Assembly: GCA_951406725.2 (NCBI GenBank)
Contig: OX597822.1
Span: 98,270,001-98,334,000 of the forward strand
Direction: 5' to 3'
Source: Octopus vulgaris
Taxonomy: Eukaryota
Length of the DNA stretch: 64,000 nt
Below are positions 63,715-64,000 of the stretch, piece by piece (the first letter of the stretch is position 1; each line of letters starts with the position of its first letter). The notes under the pieces were generated by a model. The model was not told the origin of the DNA. It made no database searches and saw only the letters and a program-made list of their open reading frames with translations. The translations under genes were made by a program, and so were the position numbers.

Positions 63715-64000
63715 TGTAACAATCCTTTGTACTATAGGCACAATGCCTTAAAAAATTTGGTGGGGGTGGGGGGCTAGTGGATTCCATCGACAACATTACT
63801 CAACTGATATTTTCTTATCGACCCTGAAAGGATGAAAGGCATAGTTAACCTCACGGAATTTGAACTCTGAATGTAAACAGCCACCAAGCATTTTGTCCGG
63901 TGTGCTAACGGTTCTTACGTTATAGGAATACCTATTTCTTTACTCCCCACAGGGGGCTAAACATAGAGTGGACAAACAAGGACAGACAAAGGGATTAAGT
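63715..64000 (-). mobile_element. Old SINE family 1 (tail A) next to the 3' end of a tail-B copy (63931 to window end)
   Basis: gaccctgaaaggatgaaaggc body; cctatttctttactccccacagggggctaaac tail. Confidence 0.8.

Overview
AT-rich, repeat-dense eukaryotic (animal) DNA. The SINE families and very long TA/TAGA microsatellites suggest a cephalopod such as Octopus; this is an inference from recollection, not a search. No intact host protein-coding gene is recognisable, and almost all listed ORFs are microsatellite or transposon noise. The window holds decayed hAT, Tc1, Helitron and MITE DNA transposons, Tx1/L1-like, R4/Dong-like, RTE-like, CR1-like and Penelope-like retroelement fragments, and about 25 tRNA-derived SINEs of 3-4 families. 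The main hidden signal, found by folding the sequence by eye, is at least six sequence-unrelated non-coding elements that each carry a type I hammerhead ribozyme (HHR) with a short palindromic stem III. Most sit in (TA)n tracts as tandem repeats, terminal repeats or perfect palindromes. In two of them the 5' end coincides, or nearly coincides, with the predicted self-cleavage site, and one is fused to a tRNA-like Pol III head. They look like a diverse set of Penelope-dependent retrozymes. A second theme is a Tx1-related system: ORF1-only short elements stacked at one duplicated 15-bp target, and a SINE that shares the Tx1 3' tail. All coordinates and structures were read manually and need computational confirmation.
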